A stretch of 64,000 bases of DNA. It comes from Neodothiora populina. Lineage: Eukaryota. The translations under genes and the position numbers were made by a program. The DNA is taken from positions 434,001 to 498,000 of the forward strand of contig NW_027191408.1 in assembly GCF_041146345.1 (NCBI RefSeq), written 5' to 3'. This document shows positions 24,679 to 38,294 of the stretch, one piece after another; the stretch's first letter is position 1, and the number at the start of each line of letters is the position of its first letter. A model generated the notes under the pieces. That model saw only the letters and a list, made by a program, of their open reading frames with translations. It did no database searches and was not told where the DNA came from.

Positions 24679-25548
24679 CTAAGTGGCAATCCTCAGGAAC
24701 CCAAACGTCAGATTCACGAGCATGCCGGTAAGGACGGATATTCTTCTGCGTTGTGTCCACATGCCCTCTTCTCTGAACCATAGCACCATCGCCACTGGCC
24801 AAAAGAAGCCAATGATATTCCCCCAGAGCATATCTTCGAGGCCACCGTCTTCGGGGTTAGCCTCATTGCCGCCTTCAGCGGCTCCACTGCCGCGCGCGTC
24901 ATTGTTGTCTAGCCACCGGTCCTCGAGTACTCTCAACTCGTCACCAGATGGCATAGTATCTGGCGTGCGAGTGTATGACAAGATCTGAAGGTACTGAGCA
25001 CGCATCTCGGCCACCGCGGCCGGATTGAAGCCTTGAGATAGCAATCGATCAAACCCGCGTGGCGCCGGCGCTGTTGTGGTTTTCGATGCTGACCCCTCTC
25101 CATTGCTCACATCTGAAGTCGCACTCGCGCTGCCTTCGACGAGAACAGCGTCCGCAGCCTCAGCCGCCTCGGACTCAGCGACTAGCTCTGCAGGAGTCAG
25201 AAGGTCTCCGACCGAGCAATTCACAATGACTCGTGGTGCTTGCGAAGTAGATGAGGCTGTCGCGGGCGACTTCCCTTTGCCCTGGACATCATGGTTCACA
25301 TGCGCAGGCGGAGGAGGTGGGATAGTGATACATTTTGATAATGCGGCAGTGTCGGGGAGAAAGCGACCTGCGAAGATGAGGCGTAGCCGTTTGCCTGCGA
25401 TAGCTGTTGACGCCTGTCTTCGAATCTTTTGCTTGACAGATAATGAACTTGTCGTCTGCGCTGATTCGATGCGAATGATCAGGTCCTCTTCCGAGACGGT
25501 AAAGCGTATGACCAGGTCCACCACGATAGGGTTCTGTGAATGTGCCAT
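24679..25548 (-). CDS. DSC3: DSC E3 ligase complex subunit Dsc3 (DUF2407 ubiquitin-like)
   Basis: LVIRF...RLRLIFAGRFL, NCSVGD, PRGFDRLLSQGF, LEDRWLDN, GFFWP and C-terminal TMs; single exon. Confidence 0.88.
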   Translation of the reverse strand: MAHSQNPIVVDLVIRFTVSEEDLIIRIESAQTTSSLSVKQKIRRQASTAIAGKRLRLIFAGRFLPDTAALSKCITIPPPPPAHVNHDVQGKGKSPATASSTSQAPRVIVNCSVGDLLTPAELVAESEAAEAADAVLVEGSASATSDVSNGEGSASKTTTAPAPRGFDRLLSQGFNPAAVAEMRAQYLQILSYTRTPDTMPSGDELRVLEDRWLDNNDARGSGAAEGGNEANPEDGGLEDMLWGNIIGFFWPVAMVLWFREEGMWTQRRRISVLTGMLVNLTFGFLRIAT

Positions 25549-26291
25549 GTGTAACGCCTGTTGCACCTCCTGAGGTGATGAATTATTGGTTCGGTCGAAA
25601 TCCCGAATCAAGCACACGTGTTGCGGTCACAGCATACCTATTGGCATATTGACACGTGAGAAACTTCTCGGTGTATTATGTTGATTTATACAAAGACACT
25701 TTAGAGCATCAGAAGTATGTAGATTTAGCTTGAGGTAATGTTTAGGACTCAGCAAGCCAAGCACCAAGCTGTAAACGGGGAAGGAAAGGCTTCTGCTTCA
25801 GACGCGACATGCAACCAAAACACTGCTGATTACCTTAGGTACCTTAGCAAGAGTGCATGGCAGAGTTGCCTGTAACACTGGCGACACACCACGATACACA
25901 GGATTATAGATATGCCATTTTATTATATGCATATAATGAGTTTCAGAGTTGCACATGACATTATTTCCACATATATCCGAGAGGAGTGAAGTGACAGCAA
26001 GAGGCTAGCTGCATCGCAACATAGTGGGGTTATCTCTCTCTCGTGAACGTCATGCTTTCCACACCGATTCGGTTATGCATACAGCCGAGTCGGCAGAAGG
26101 ACAGGACCAAGAACCGATATATCCAGCAAGCACTATTATCTCTCAGCTTTATTAGCAATCAATCAATCAGTTGTTCCGTTCCTCTGTCCTCATCACACAT
26201 CTTCTAACTCTTGAACTAAGCAATTGCAGCCATACTCAGGTCAACCCCTCAAGAGATCATTAGCAACTCCCTCCCCCAGAAATCCGCAAAG

Positions 26292-26756
26292 ATGACGATT
26301 ATGCACATAGTCCTGTTTGAGTTTAAATCCACCGCCAAACCGGAAGTGGTCAAGGATGTAAATATACCCTACAAGAAATAAGCTGCCAATTGGGTGGTAA
26401 CGAGGATATCACGAGGGACTGACAGGTTTAATAGGCGTGCAGACGTATGCTTGCGCTCAAGGACAACTGCGTGCATCCGACCAGCAAGCAGCCGTATGTC
26501 AAGTCTTACGGCGGAGGAAAGGATAACAGCCCCGAGGGTGCACAGGTGATTTTATTTGTTACTGAAGGCTAGGACTAGGAATTGACGATTTGCTACACAG
26601 GGCGGTTTGACTCATGGCTTTATCTCGGAGTTCCAAAACGAGGGGGACAGAAAGTATTATCTCGAAAAGGACCCGGCACACTTGGAGTTTGTTGCAAGCT
26701 TGAAAGACATTGTTGAGGGTGTCAGAGTGGTGGATTTTGAGCCAGGTGTTTACTAG
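26292..26756 (+). CDS. Stress-responsive A/B barrel (Dabb) protein, 3 exons
   Basis: MTIMHIVLFEFK...GGGKDNSPEG-GGLTHGFISEF...DRKYYLEKDPAHLEF...VVDFEPGVY*; absent from the ORF track because of introns. Confidence 0.92.
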
Positions 26757-26884
26757 TTGAAGGTCTCTTCTCGATACTGTTTCTGGAAAGTGGTATATCA
26801 TAATCTATGAAAGAAATCTTCTGGGCCTTCGTGACCTCTAATGTAAGGGTATAATCAAGGTTCAAGGGTAAAGCAGAGAAGACA

Positions 26885-27705
26885 CTATGAGATACTGAAT
26901 GACTCCCCACATCCGCATTGCTCAGCTGAGGTAGTAGTCAGTATATTGACAAATCGGGTGACGTCGATGGAGGGGCAAACTTACTGATGTTGGGGTTTCT
27001 GAAGACGAATTTCTGGTTCAGCTTGTCCTCGACCCAGTCCATCTCGCTGCCGATGATGCTGAACAAAGCCTTGCTGTCTATCAAGACCTTGACGCCATCT
27101 TGTTCGACAGTCTCGTCGAAGGCGCCAGGCTTGTCGACAAACTCGAGGTGGTAGGCCAAGCCTGAGCAGCCACGGTTCTTCACACCAACGCGGATGAGCT
27201 GTGGATTTGGCTGATCGAGCAGCAGACGCAATTGATCGACGGCCTTGGACGATAGGGTCATGGCGGCCTTTCGCGGTCGTAGCTTGCTCTTCCTGGGCTT
27301 GGTGGCAGGTGGTTGCGGCGAAGCGGCGAATGAGGAAGCGGTGTTTGCCACACGGGAGAAGGGCTTGGGAGGGTCGTTCTCAACAGGCGTCGCGGCAGAC
27401 TGCTCGCGTGACGGGAGCTCCGAGTGTTGTGTCCATGGCTGATCGAGTCCGGAGACGGAGTGGGCGATGGAGGGGTTTTGAATGGCGGACTTCGTGGGAG
27501 GAGGCAAGCTTGATTCCAGCGAGTGGGGGCGGAAAGCCTCAGTTTGGAGTTGGCGCCGCGGTGAATGTCTGGAAATGTGCGAGGATGAGAAGGGTCGGAA
27601 GCATCGTTGACATTGACGACCCGCTGTTGAGGAAGAGCCGGCGGCAAATCTGAACATGGACAAGGCCGAAGCCGCGGCGGTTGTTGTGGAACGCTGTAGA
27701 GACAT
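26885..27705 (-). CDS. ISA1: Iron-sulfur cluster assembly protein Isa1 (HesB family), 2 exons; alternative start at 27657
   Basis: IRVGVKNRGCSGLAY, IDSKALFSIIGSEMDW, FRNPN-EQCGCGESF. Confidence 0.95.
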
Positions 27706-28790
27706 TGCTGCTGCGTGCTCAAGGCGCACGGTGCGAAGTGTGAGGTGTGAGGAGAGGTGTCGAGGGGTTTTAGGATTGCGGATCAGACGTAGGTAGAGGT
27801 CGACAGATCAGAAGAGTCAGTACAGCATGAGGATGGATTGTAGTAGATCAGGTGGTTTTTATCAGACGGACTGTACAGAAAGCAACTTGCAAGTCATAAA
27901 TCACCCTCGGCTTCGAGTGTCGGAAGAACGCCATGACATCTTTGCTGGGTGCAGTGGCCAATCACATCCTTTCCGTAGTCAGCCAAGGCGAACTTGATTT
28001 GCAACCAGTGTTTGCATCTTGTTTGTTTGCATCAGCCATATTTGCACTGTGTTTGCAAGGAGCTCAACATCTCCACCAAGCGCCTCCAGACTGCTGCAAC
28101 CCTGCATTGTGATGAGTGATGTCTACAAGGTAGAATCGACATGGCTATGGAAACGCATGTAAGCTTCCGATGACCACCACTACTTCACACCAATATACAA
28201 GGCCATAGATAGTCCTCCGTGGGTCCGTTCAACATGTTATATATATACGGTTACAGTTCCTAGTCGGAAGCAGAGACATGGAAGCTCGGACCAGCGTGCC
28301 AATGTACCTGAAATAGTGCTTCGCGTCGCATGTTCATTAATCACTGCCGGGTGGAGTAAGAGAGCAGTAGAGACCACATTGCAAGCTGGAGAGGCATCTC
28401 CTTCACATCTCTTGCCTGTCAATTATTGACTGTCTAGCATTCTCTGATCAGCAATTCCTCTCGGTACGTAGTCTTTTTCTTCTTTCTTTCTAGTGACACA
28501 TAACGTCTCGCGCTGTTTCCGCGAGCAGGACCCTGTTCTTTCGCTATCTGCCTACGTTATCTACTCCTTCCCATCACTCGCCGTGCGGGTAGCCCGAGTC
28601 TACTTTGTATACCTTATACTCCGTACGCGTTCTAATCTTCTGCAGGGTGACGTCGGCAGCAAGCAATACCTTGGGCAACCAACTTTGAACAACACGAACT
28701 CGATCAAGTGTCATCGCCAGTCGTCTTAACTGCCACGACTGATTCATCGCTTGTCTATTGCATTTTCTCTACTTCTCAACCATAGTCATC

Positions 28791-29671
28791 ATGCGTTTCA
28801 GCCCCGTCGTCCTGGCACTGCCAACCGTGGCACTCGCCGCAGAGCAGGTCCCCTTGATGGATCAGGTCAAGGGATGGTTCAACAAGGCCACTCAAGCCAT
28901 CTCTTCGAGTGTGCCTTCTGCTCCCAGCATGCCCAGCGTGCCTAACGTGAATCCCGTCAACGCTGCTGCCGCCAAGGTCGCCGACCTCAGCGTCGAGCGC
29001 GTCACGCTCGAGAACTACAAGGAGGTCCTCGTCCCCGGCGCCACCACCACCACCTCGGCGTCTGGCATCGACAACGTCATGCTCCTCATCACCGGAGGCA
29101 ACAAGACCTGCTTCGGCGTGTGCGGCCACGCCGAGGCCGAGTGGAACAAGTCGATCCCTCTGATCGCCGCGTCCAAGGAGCCTCCTCGCCTGGTCGTGTT
29201 GAACTGTGAGACCGACCCCGTCCTCTGCAACGCCTGGGCCGCCGGTCCTCCCACCGTCATGTACATGCAGCTGCCCAAGCCTCTCGAGGACCAGTCAACT
29301 CCTGCCACCTCGGTCTACTCCATCGCTCTCAACAGAACCTCGGTCACCGCTGGCGAGATCGCCGCCATCCACACCGACGCCAAGTACGCAGAGAAGGCCC
29401 CTTACGAGGGCTACTTCCACCCCTTTGATGGCCAGCTCGCCCAGTACGGTCTGGCCATTCCTTTCGGTTATGCTGTCTACTACTTCAACATGGTCCCTTC
29501 GTGGGCTATGATGGTCGGCATTTCATTCTTGTCCAGGACCTTCATGTGAGTTTCCTTTTGGAGTTCTTGTTGACGAGAGGGGGTGTCGCTGATGTTATCA
29601 ACTATAGGTCGAAGAAGGCAGCTGGAGCAAGACCCGCACGTCCCGCCGCCGCCGCTGCTGCTGCTCAGTAA
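28791..29671 (+). CDS. Secretory-pathway thioredoxin-like membrane protein (conserved fungal hypothetical), 2 exons
   Basis: Signal peptide, GGNKTCFGVC (CxxxC), LNCETDPVLCNAW, YEGYFHPFDG, C-terminal TM; strong codon bias. Confidence 0.8.
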
Positions 29672-30010
29672 ATCGCTTGAGTAGAGTGTGTTCTCACGAG
29701 GAAGATGAAGAGGGACGAGTCCGAGCTAGTAAGATAGCTAGCCTGCGTGCTTTCCAGTCGATAGGCAAAACAAGGCAGCAACAGGAAACGTGAAATGTTT
29801 TGAGAACGAGTGCGATCCAAAAGAAGGAAATGGGTTGGGTTGGATGTATGACGCGGATGAGAGCTTAGCCGACGGTAGAGGAGTCTTCAATCCCCCGTTT
29901 CTACCAGTTTGTGCAGTCAGCAGCAGCTTGGACAGTGTTGTGTGTTTATTTTCTGGTCGTCTTTGTTCGAGAAACCCTTGTCGTAATTAGTTATGTATCA
30001 TGTATGCATT

Positions 30011-30051
30011 ACACACACACACACACACTTACACACACGTGTGTAAGTGTG
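30011..30051. repeat. (AC)n microsatellite ending in a 13-bp-arm inverted repeat
   Basis: CACACTTACACAC-AC-GTGTGTAAGTGTG at 30024-30051. Confidence 0.85.
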
Positions 30052-30243
30052 ATCAGCAATATGCAGCAGCAGCAGTAGTGCGGAGTACAAAGCCGACTCC
30101 AAGCGTCTATTTACCACTGTAGTGGTGCTGGATGTCTACCAACACTATCCTTGTATCTTACTCCTCGGGGTAGAGAAAGGGGGTGACGGGCGGATTTGAT
30201 TCAAGGTACGGTAGCTCCAGATCAACGGGCCTGAGTGTGAAGT

Positions 30244-30282
30244 CACCACTACCACTGCCACTACCACTACCACTACCACTAC
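30244..30282. repeat. (CTACCA)n hexamer microsatellite
   Basis: About 6 imperfect units read directly. Confidence 0.8.
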
Positions 30283-30963
30283 TGTACTTCTGACATGGGA
30301 CAAAGACCACTCTTCTGGACCTATCTATACACCCAGCCTGCCTGCCCGACCTAGGATCTAATCATACATTTGTCCATCTATTCCATCTGCCTTGTTCACT
30401 GCATAGATCTATCGCTTGGTCCCCTCCCTCGGCTGGTTGTGCGCTTCATTCGCCAGTCGTTGTTTAGTGGTTTTTTTTTAGCCAGTGTCTGTTCGCTGGT
30501 ACAGGGTCTTTCCTCTCTTGTGGATAACAGCAGTTCTTCATCTGCGAGGTCTTCTTGTTCGGCCGCCCTGGAACAACTGCTATTTTGCTCGCTTGCTCGC
30601 ATGCATGTCTTTCGTGTGGTATATGTGGGATTGAACAAGCACTTTTCTTCCTTTTCTTTCGATTGAGTCTTCCTCGTTGAGTTAAGTGGGGCAGATGGGT
30701 GTGCTTTGCAGGTTAGGTGAATGTAGATGGCCACACGCATGTTCTGCAATGCCGTCTGCTCTCTCCTCTAGCAAAGCACGTGTTCGTTGTTGATTCTGCA
30801 GGACTACATGTTCTCCATGCGCATGCGCGTGCTTTTTTCGCCGGACTCGAATCTGAACAGTGATGAAATCCGCTATAGCCACTCGTTCACCTGCCCGCTG
30901 GCTTTTGCTCGACCTTGGCCTCGAGCACGCACGCGCTCGCTCGCTCGCTCAGCCCACTGGCTC

Positions 30964-32580
<1,617 letters not shown>

Positions 32581-33235
32581 AGTGCGAAGTGTTGTGTGGA
32601 GTAGGCAGTGATCAGTGCGACGTCTAAGATGGGCGCAACGACAGGCGCAGACAGCGTGTGTTGTGTTGTCGACTTCAGTGAGTGTCAAGAATAGAGTGAG
32701 ACGTGCTGATGTGAGAGCGTCGCGTCAACCGGTGCTTTTGTCGCGTCAATGCACAAAGGACAGTCGCCGAGGTGGTCGGTATCGATCAAAGTTGACCTTC
32801 TTCGCGCGCGCTGCTGATGGCTGTAGAAGTCACAGACAGATTCTGATGATTGGACCTGAGTGAGAACAGCGCAGACGTTTTCTGGTTGCAGTACGAGATG
32901 GAAAGGAATGCCTCGAAGATGGAGAGTGTAGCGTGGATGCCTCAGTTCTGGTATGCAGCAGATTGACCTCTATGCAACTCTTCCAAAGCGTGAAGCTGCA
33001 GGAAGGAAACGCGTCTTGGCGATTTGGTATCGGGAGTTCTTCGGCGGAGCCGATGAGGAGATCAGATTAGATTACATCAGACTCTCTCGACTCTCGCGCA
33101 TTCCTTTGTAATCATTACTGTGTAATCAATGCGGCGAGCAAGAAGACACCTCCGGACACTTGATTGATATCACCACCTGCCCTGGATCTTCTGTTCCAGA
33201 CACTGTAGTCATAAAGATCACACACATCAATCAGA

Positions 33236-34079
33236 ATGGTGTCCTTGTTACAACGCACGCGAAAGCTACAGACCGTTTGTCCTCCCTCGAAATAAAACCA
33301 TCATCGTTATTCACATGCACCCAGAGACTGACAATCAATCCCAGAAGGTACACAACTGCCGTCCCAACCAACACCATACCCAATGACACCAACACTCGAT
33401 CCTGGCCTCCGATGACTGACACTAGACAAACCACCAGCTTCTCGCCATCAAACTAGGTCCCGGAGCAGCGATACTCCCCAAGGACATTTCGAGGATCCAC
33501 ATGCGGTTTGCGCAGAGGAATGATGGCGGACACATGGGACCACGGTAATGCCACCCACCTCCTTGTTTACTCTCTTCTCCAGTCCAGCAATCGACTCATA
33601 TGAACCAACTCCACAGCAAATTCTGGCGCCACGAACTCGTGCGCCTGAAATTCCACAACCCGGCCATTCCAATGACCATCGACCGCACCTGCGCCCCCTC
33701 GGACCCAGCCATCATGACGATCCACTACGCGCCGACCGACGCCATCCAGACTTCCTCGTCGCCAACCTCGTCGCCCGCGCCCTCGTCGTCCACATCCGGC
33801 GACACCGCGGCCTCGGACTACACGCCCACGACGCGCTCCGAGTCGATCCTCATGACGAACAAGAGCAGTGCTGAGATCTGGAGGGAGGTGGCGCGCGTCA
33901 CGCGCGCGGTGCAGGTCGAGGCTACGCCCGAGGAAAAGGAGACGCTGGAGAAGTTGCAGGAGCAGAGGCTGAAGAGCGAGAGGGATAGTGCGTTGAGTAG
34001 GGAGGTCAGAGAGGCCAAGAAGAGAGAGCAGGACCTGTTGGCGCAGGCTAGAGGTGATATGTCTGCTGCTGCTGCTTGA
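33236..34079 (+). CDS. MRP49: Mitochondrial ribosomal protein mL61 (L51/S25/CI-B8 domain); exons 33236-33274, 33345-33347 (putative 3-nt microexon), 33438-33544, 33617-34079
   Basis: LLAIKLGPGAAILP...GGHMGPRKFWRHELVRLKFHNPAIPM resembles the Mrp49 GHMGARxFW motif. Confidence 0.85.
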
Positions 34080-34327
34080 AGTGTTGGTGTAAAACTGAAA
34101 GGGAGAGAGACCCACATGTATGGTATGCGTGGGCATGGCGTTTCGTGAAGCATTCATTACAGGGGAAATTCCATCGTGTATAACATCGTCATCCATCCGA
34201 GTCTTTCCGTCTTCTATCACCTGTCTGTGATTTGTGCCTCATCAAGCACGCCAGATTGCACTTCGGGAACATTAGCGGAATAGTCCCATACTAGCACGTG
34301 TGAGCAATCCATGTCGTAAGCTAAACT

Positions 34328-35359
34328 CTATGCTGCTGCCAAACCTCTCCACCAAGCCGCCGCGCCGAGCACAAACACCACAGTCATAGCATCCCCGACG
34401 ACCGTCTGCCAGATGACAGAATACCGTCCAAAGACCCTGATATACCCGCCCCAAGGCTCGGGCACGAGTCCCGAATTCGCTATCGTCGCCAGCATGCCTC
34501 CGCCCTGCAACCGGCCCTTTTCCAAGAAATACCTCGACGTCTGCAGCACGAGCTCGACCGTGGCGAACAAGTAAAACAGGTTCGGTCCGCTGTACGAGTT
34601 GTGTGCCAGCATCGACTCTGAGCGCGAGAGTTTGCTGCCGTTGAAGGGGCCCGCGAGCGCAATGTAGCCCGCCAGCAGCACGGCGAAGACGGCGTGCACG
34701 ATGCGCCAGAGGTAGGCGGACGTGCCACGGGGCGCACTCTGCGCCGCTGCCGCGTCCTGTTGCGTCTGCTGCTGCGCGTTCATCAGGTTCTTCATGAAGG
34801 GCGGCAGGTCGTTCATGGGGTTGTTGGCGTCGTTGGGGTCGCCCATCATGGGTGGAAAGCCTCCGGCGCTGGGTTCTCCTCCTCCTCCCATGCCGGACAT
34901 CATCTGCTGCATCATGCGCATCATGGGGTCGGCTGCCATGTCGTCCTGGGGTCCACTGCCGCCTGGTCCTCCTGCGCCAAAGGGAGGCATGGGTCCAAAG
35001 GGGTTCTGAGAGAGCTGCTGGCTCGGCGTCGAAGGTCCCGAGGGTCGCGGCGTGATACGTGGTGTGTAGTGATGTTCTGAGATGTCGATCTCGTCTGGGT
35101 CTGGTGCGACCGACGCCTGCTTGTCCTTGACGAGCGATACTGTTTTGGTTTCCAGTCAGCCATTATGCAGAAACAAAGAAGATCGTATGGAAGAATACAT
35201 ACCATCTTCGGGCGCTGGAGCAGGTCGGCCACTCAGTTGTGTGATTTTGGCCAGTCGGTCACTGCCTTCTGACGCGATCCTGGCATTTCTCTTTTCACGG
35301 CGGAGACGAGCAGAGCGCTGAGCCGCAGACTCTTCCTTGGGTACTGGAGACTCCGACAT
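34328..35359 (-). CDS. GET2: GET complex receptor subunit Get2-like, 2 exons
   Basis: ARLRREKRNARIASEGSDRLAKITQLSGR basic Get3-binding N-terminus; three C-terminal TMs. Confidence 0.82.
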
Positions 35360-35854
35360 GTTTTTTTTTTCTTGTTTTATGATGAGATTGCGCTGATGTT
35401 GGCGTGTAGTAGCAGCTCGAGGATATTATTCTATACCGTACCTTAGGTGGGAAAGCCCAGGTCAGTCGCATGAAGTCGTCCCCAAGCTTGGCCTGTGCCC
35501 GCAGTAGATGCTTCAACTTGCTCTTGTCTCGACGAGGACGACAATAAAGTTCCATCAGGAAATAAGATCCGAAAATAATACAAATCTGGCTGCCCATCGA
35601 TAATCGTGGTCCGGTGTTATAGTCATATCTCTGTGCTCTGCTCCCTAAGGTAGCGACAAGCTAGATGCTACCGAGTCGGCATATCACCTATATTTTGTAG
35701 GCGGTACCTCTGGTAGTAGATGCTATACTCGCGTCTGATTACCACTATCAATCCCTCTCTGGCCTCTCGAGCCACTACTTCTGAATCTGCGCGTAGTTTT
35801 CTCGTAAAGAACCACAGGTGTTGTGGACACTCCTACCGCCGTCCATCGAGAACG

Positions 35855-36916
35855 ATGCCTCGTCCGTCCAAGTCAAGGGGCAGCAGCCGTGGACCAGCTC
35901 CGTCAAAAAAGCCTCGACTGACCCATTTCCTCTGCATACCGCTGGTCAACAAATCATCTGAATCTCAACTCCAGCACAGTATATCAGCTTTCGAGCACGA
36001 TGTATGCCACAAGCAGCCCGAGGCCGCGAAGTCTGACTCCCATCATGAAAAGAATGACCCTTATCAATCAGCCACAGACGAAGATCTGACTCCTAAGCCT
36101 CCTGTACCATCAGTCACCTCGTCCACAGTCGCCAAAAAAGCCATCCGGCCTGTAGGATCCCTTCATCTGACGTTAGGGGTTATGAGCCTCGATGAAGCTG
36201 GTCTGGCAGCAGCCCAGGAATTACTTTCACACATAGATGCAAATGCTCTGCTAAAAGGTGATAACATCCTGCCATCGACGCAAGCTCTGTCGAATGAGGC
36301 CGATGCTGCACCCTCCGGAGGTCCCTCGACACTTACCCGGTCTATTTCACCACCGCTTCTAGATAGAACGGGAAATGCGGCTCCATTGATCGTGTCTCTT
36401 ACATCTCTTGTTTCTATGCATCCACCACATAAGACGTCTATTCTCTACACGAGTCCTACAGACTCAACAGCGAGACTCCAGCATTTCTGCCAAACGTTAC
36501 GGCAGATCTTTCAAGATGCCGGTCTACTCGTCGAGGACAAGCGCCCGCTTAAGCTGCATGCTACACTGGTCAATACCATCTACGCCAAAGGCCGTAAGAG
36601 GGGGCCAAAACAATCGGCTGCTACTCGGTCGGACGGTATTGCTCAAAGTGACCAGGCGAGAATGCAAAGCACATCGGCAGAGGTGGAAGACGATAGGTCT
36701 GAGGGCCACGGTCCAGATGCCAAAGCTCCACTAAGAATAGACGCACGGGACATACTCAGGCGCTACAGTGATCATGTCTGGGCCGACAATATATTGCTAG
36801 ACCGAGCTGCCATTTGCGAAATGGGTGCCAAGAACATCCTGAACGATAGAGGTGAGGTGGTGAAGCAAGAGTACAAAGAAATGGCGACGCTGAGGCTACC
36901 TGGAAAGCTTCACTGA
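35855..36916 (+). CDS. 2H-phosphoesterase (AKAP7/ASCC1-like, 2'-5' RNA ligase-like fold)
   Basis: LTHFLCIPL plus two HxT motifs (LHLTLGVM, LHATLVNT); an in-frame ATG at 35720 is also possible. Confidence 0.85.
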   Translation: MPRPSKSRGSSRGPAPSKKPRLTHFLCIPLVNKSSESQLQHSISAFEHDVCHKQPEAAKSDSHHEKNDPYQSATDEDLTPKPPVPSVTSSTVAKKAIRPVGSLHLTLGVMSLDEAGLAAAQELLSHIDANALLKGDNILPSTQALSNEADAAPSGGPSTLTRSISPPLLDRTGNAAPLIVSLTSLVSMHPPHKTSILYTSPTDSTARLQHFCQTLRQIFQDAGLLVEDKRPLKLHATLVNTIYAKGRKRGPKQSAATRSDGIAQSDQARMQSTSAEVEDDRSEGHGPDAKAPLRIDARDILRRYSDHVWADNILLDRAAICEMGAKNILNDRGEVVKQEYKEMATLRLPGKLH

Positions 36917-37617
36917 TTTGGACTACTCCTACCAGGTACAAGAGATACAATTGCAGAGCCATGTCTGAGTTACGATAGCTCCATGAGCTGGCCAGAAGTC
37001 GCTGCAATGTCACCATCATGGTGTGGGCTACTAGCATGGCAATAGACGTGTCGTGTGAAGACGAATAGGCCAGGCACTTCCTCGTGATTCCTTCGACCAT
37101 TGTCTCTCTGGTCCGGCGGACAGAGTCAGTGGCACTGCTGAGATCGTATATACTGTCTTACCTGACTGTCAAGGTAGGTCAGACCCAATGGGATTGGCGA
37201 AATGTATAGCAGATGGTAAGTTGAGGTATAGTAGGAAAGGTAGGTTTAATCGACAGGGGTTACTGTCAATACTGCGAGTCATGCTGAGCACACATGATAC
37301 CCCGCTTGGTTAGTCGCATCTGCAGCTTCCCACTATGACTTTGTAAGATCGTTCAACCCCGCATACGTCACTACTCATTATTGCTTCCATTGTCTCGCTT
37401 GTTCTCCCCAACCTTACCTTACCTTACCTTAGCTACATGTGCTCAGCTCTACATCTACACTATTCCTCTGCCATTCAACAAGATTTCAAACATTTGAGCT
37501 GGTATTTGCAGCAGATTGACCTGTCAAGACTTGATCCATTCCACCCTTTTCTTCTGAAAACCATCTGATCGATACACTGCAAGCTGCTGTATAAATCAAA
37601 GCACATCTATCATAAAC

Positions 37618-38294
37618 ATGTCTTCCGGTCTCATGGATACTGCACCTGGTGGAGAGTCAACACAGTATGTCTAAATCATTCAGCGGTAGTGAGAACATCG
37701 TACTAGGAAGGTTGTACTGACGCTGTATGTGATTCAGGTACGAGAGCATCCACACTGTGACGAAGCCCACAAAGAAGTCCGGTGGACAATTCGGTGGTAT
37801 GTAATGAATATCTTCTGTATTATTCTGATCTCGATCCACATAATCACACGGCCGATTGAGTCCTGTAATTCTGCAATTGCTACTTCATCACGATACTCGC
37901 CGTTCAATGCACTCAATCCGCCCCTCCTCGTCATCCAATGAACTCATCTCGCAGCTGACCACACACAACTCTCGCATGACCCACAACGAGCAATCCATGC
38001 TGACAAGTACCTGCAGAGCCCGAGACCGAAGTCGACGTGTCGAGCGAACAAGCAGCCAAAGACCACGCCGCAGCAGGCGCCGCCACAGCAGAGAAGATCC
38101 GCTACGGCCAGGCCATCTCGGAGCACGGCATGGGGGGCCAAACCACGACGTCGTCCGGGTCCGCAAATCAGGACTCTGCTTACGGTGGGGCTGCCTCTTC
38201 GGCAGACGATGGCGCACAGGACGCTGGTTCTAGGGCGAGGAAAGAGGCCGGATATGGTGGGGCCAAGGATATGGATACTGAGATTGGTGGCTGA
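37618..38294 (+). CDS. Small Gly/Ala-rich hydrophilic conserved hypothetical protein, 3 exons
   Basis: MSSGLMDTAPGGESTQ-YESIHTV...QFG-EPETEV...AEKIRYGQAISEHGMGG...GYGGAKDMDTEIGG*; canonical GTATGT donors, frame consistent. Confidence 0.8.

Noticed and set aside
30396..30882. Minus-strand ORFs downstream of RVB1
   Set aside because: No coherent gene model or motif; most likely UTR or intergenic sequence.
37730..37745. AG|GT junction suggesting a stwintron or recursive splice site
   Set aside because: The downstream bases read as an ordinary in-frame exon (QYESIHTV...) ending at a canonical GTATGT donor.
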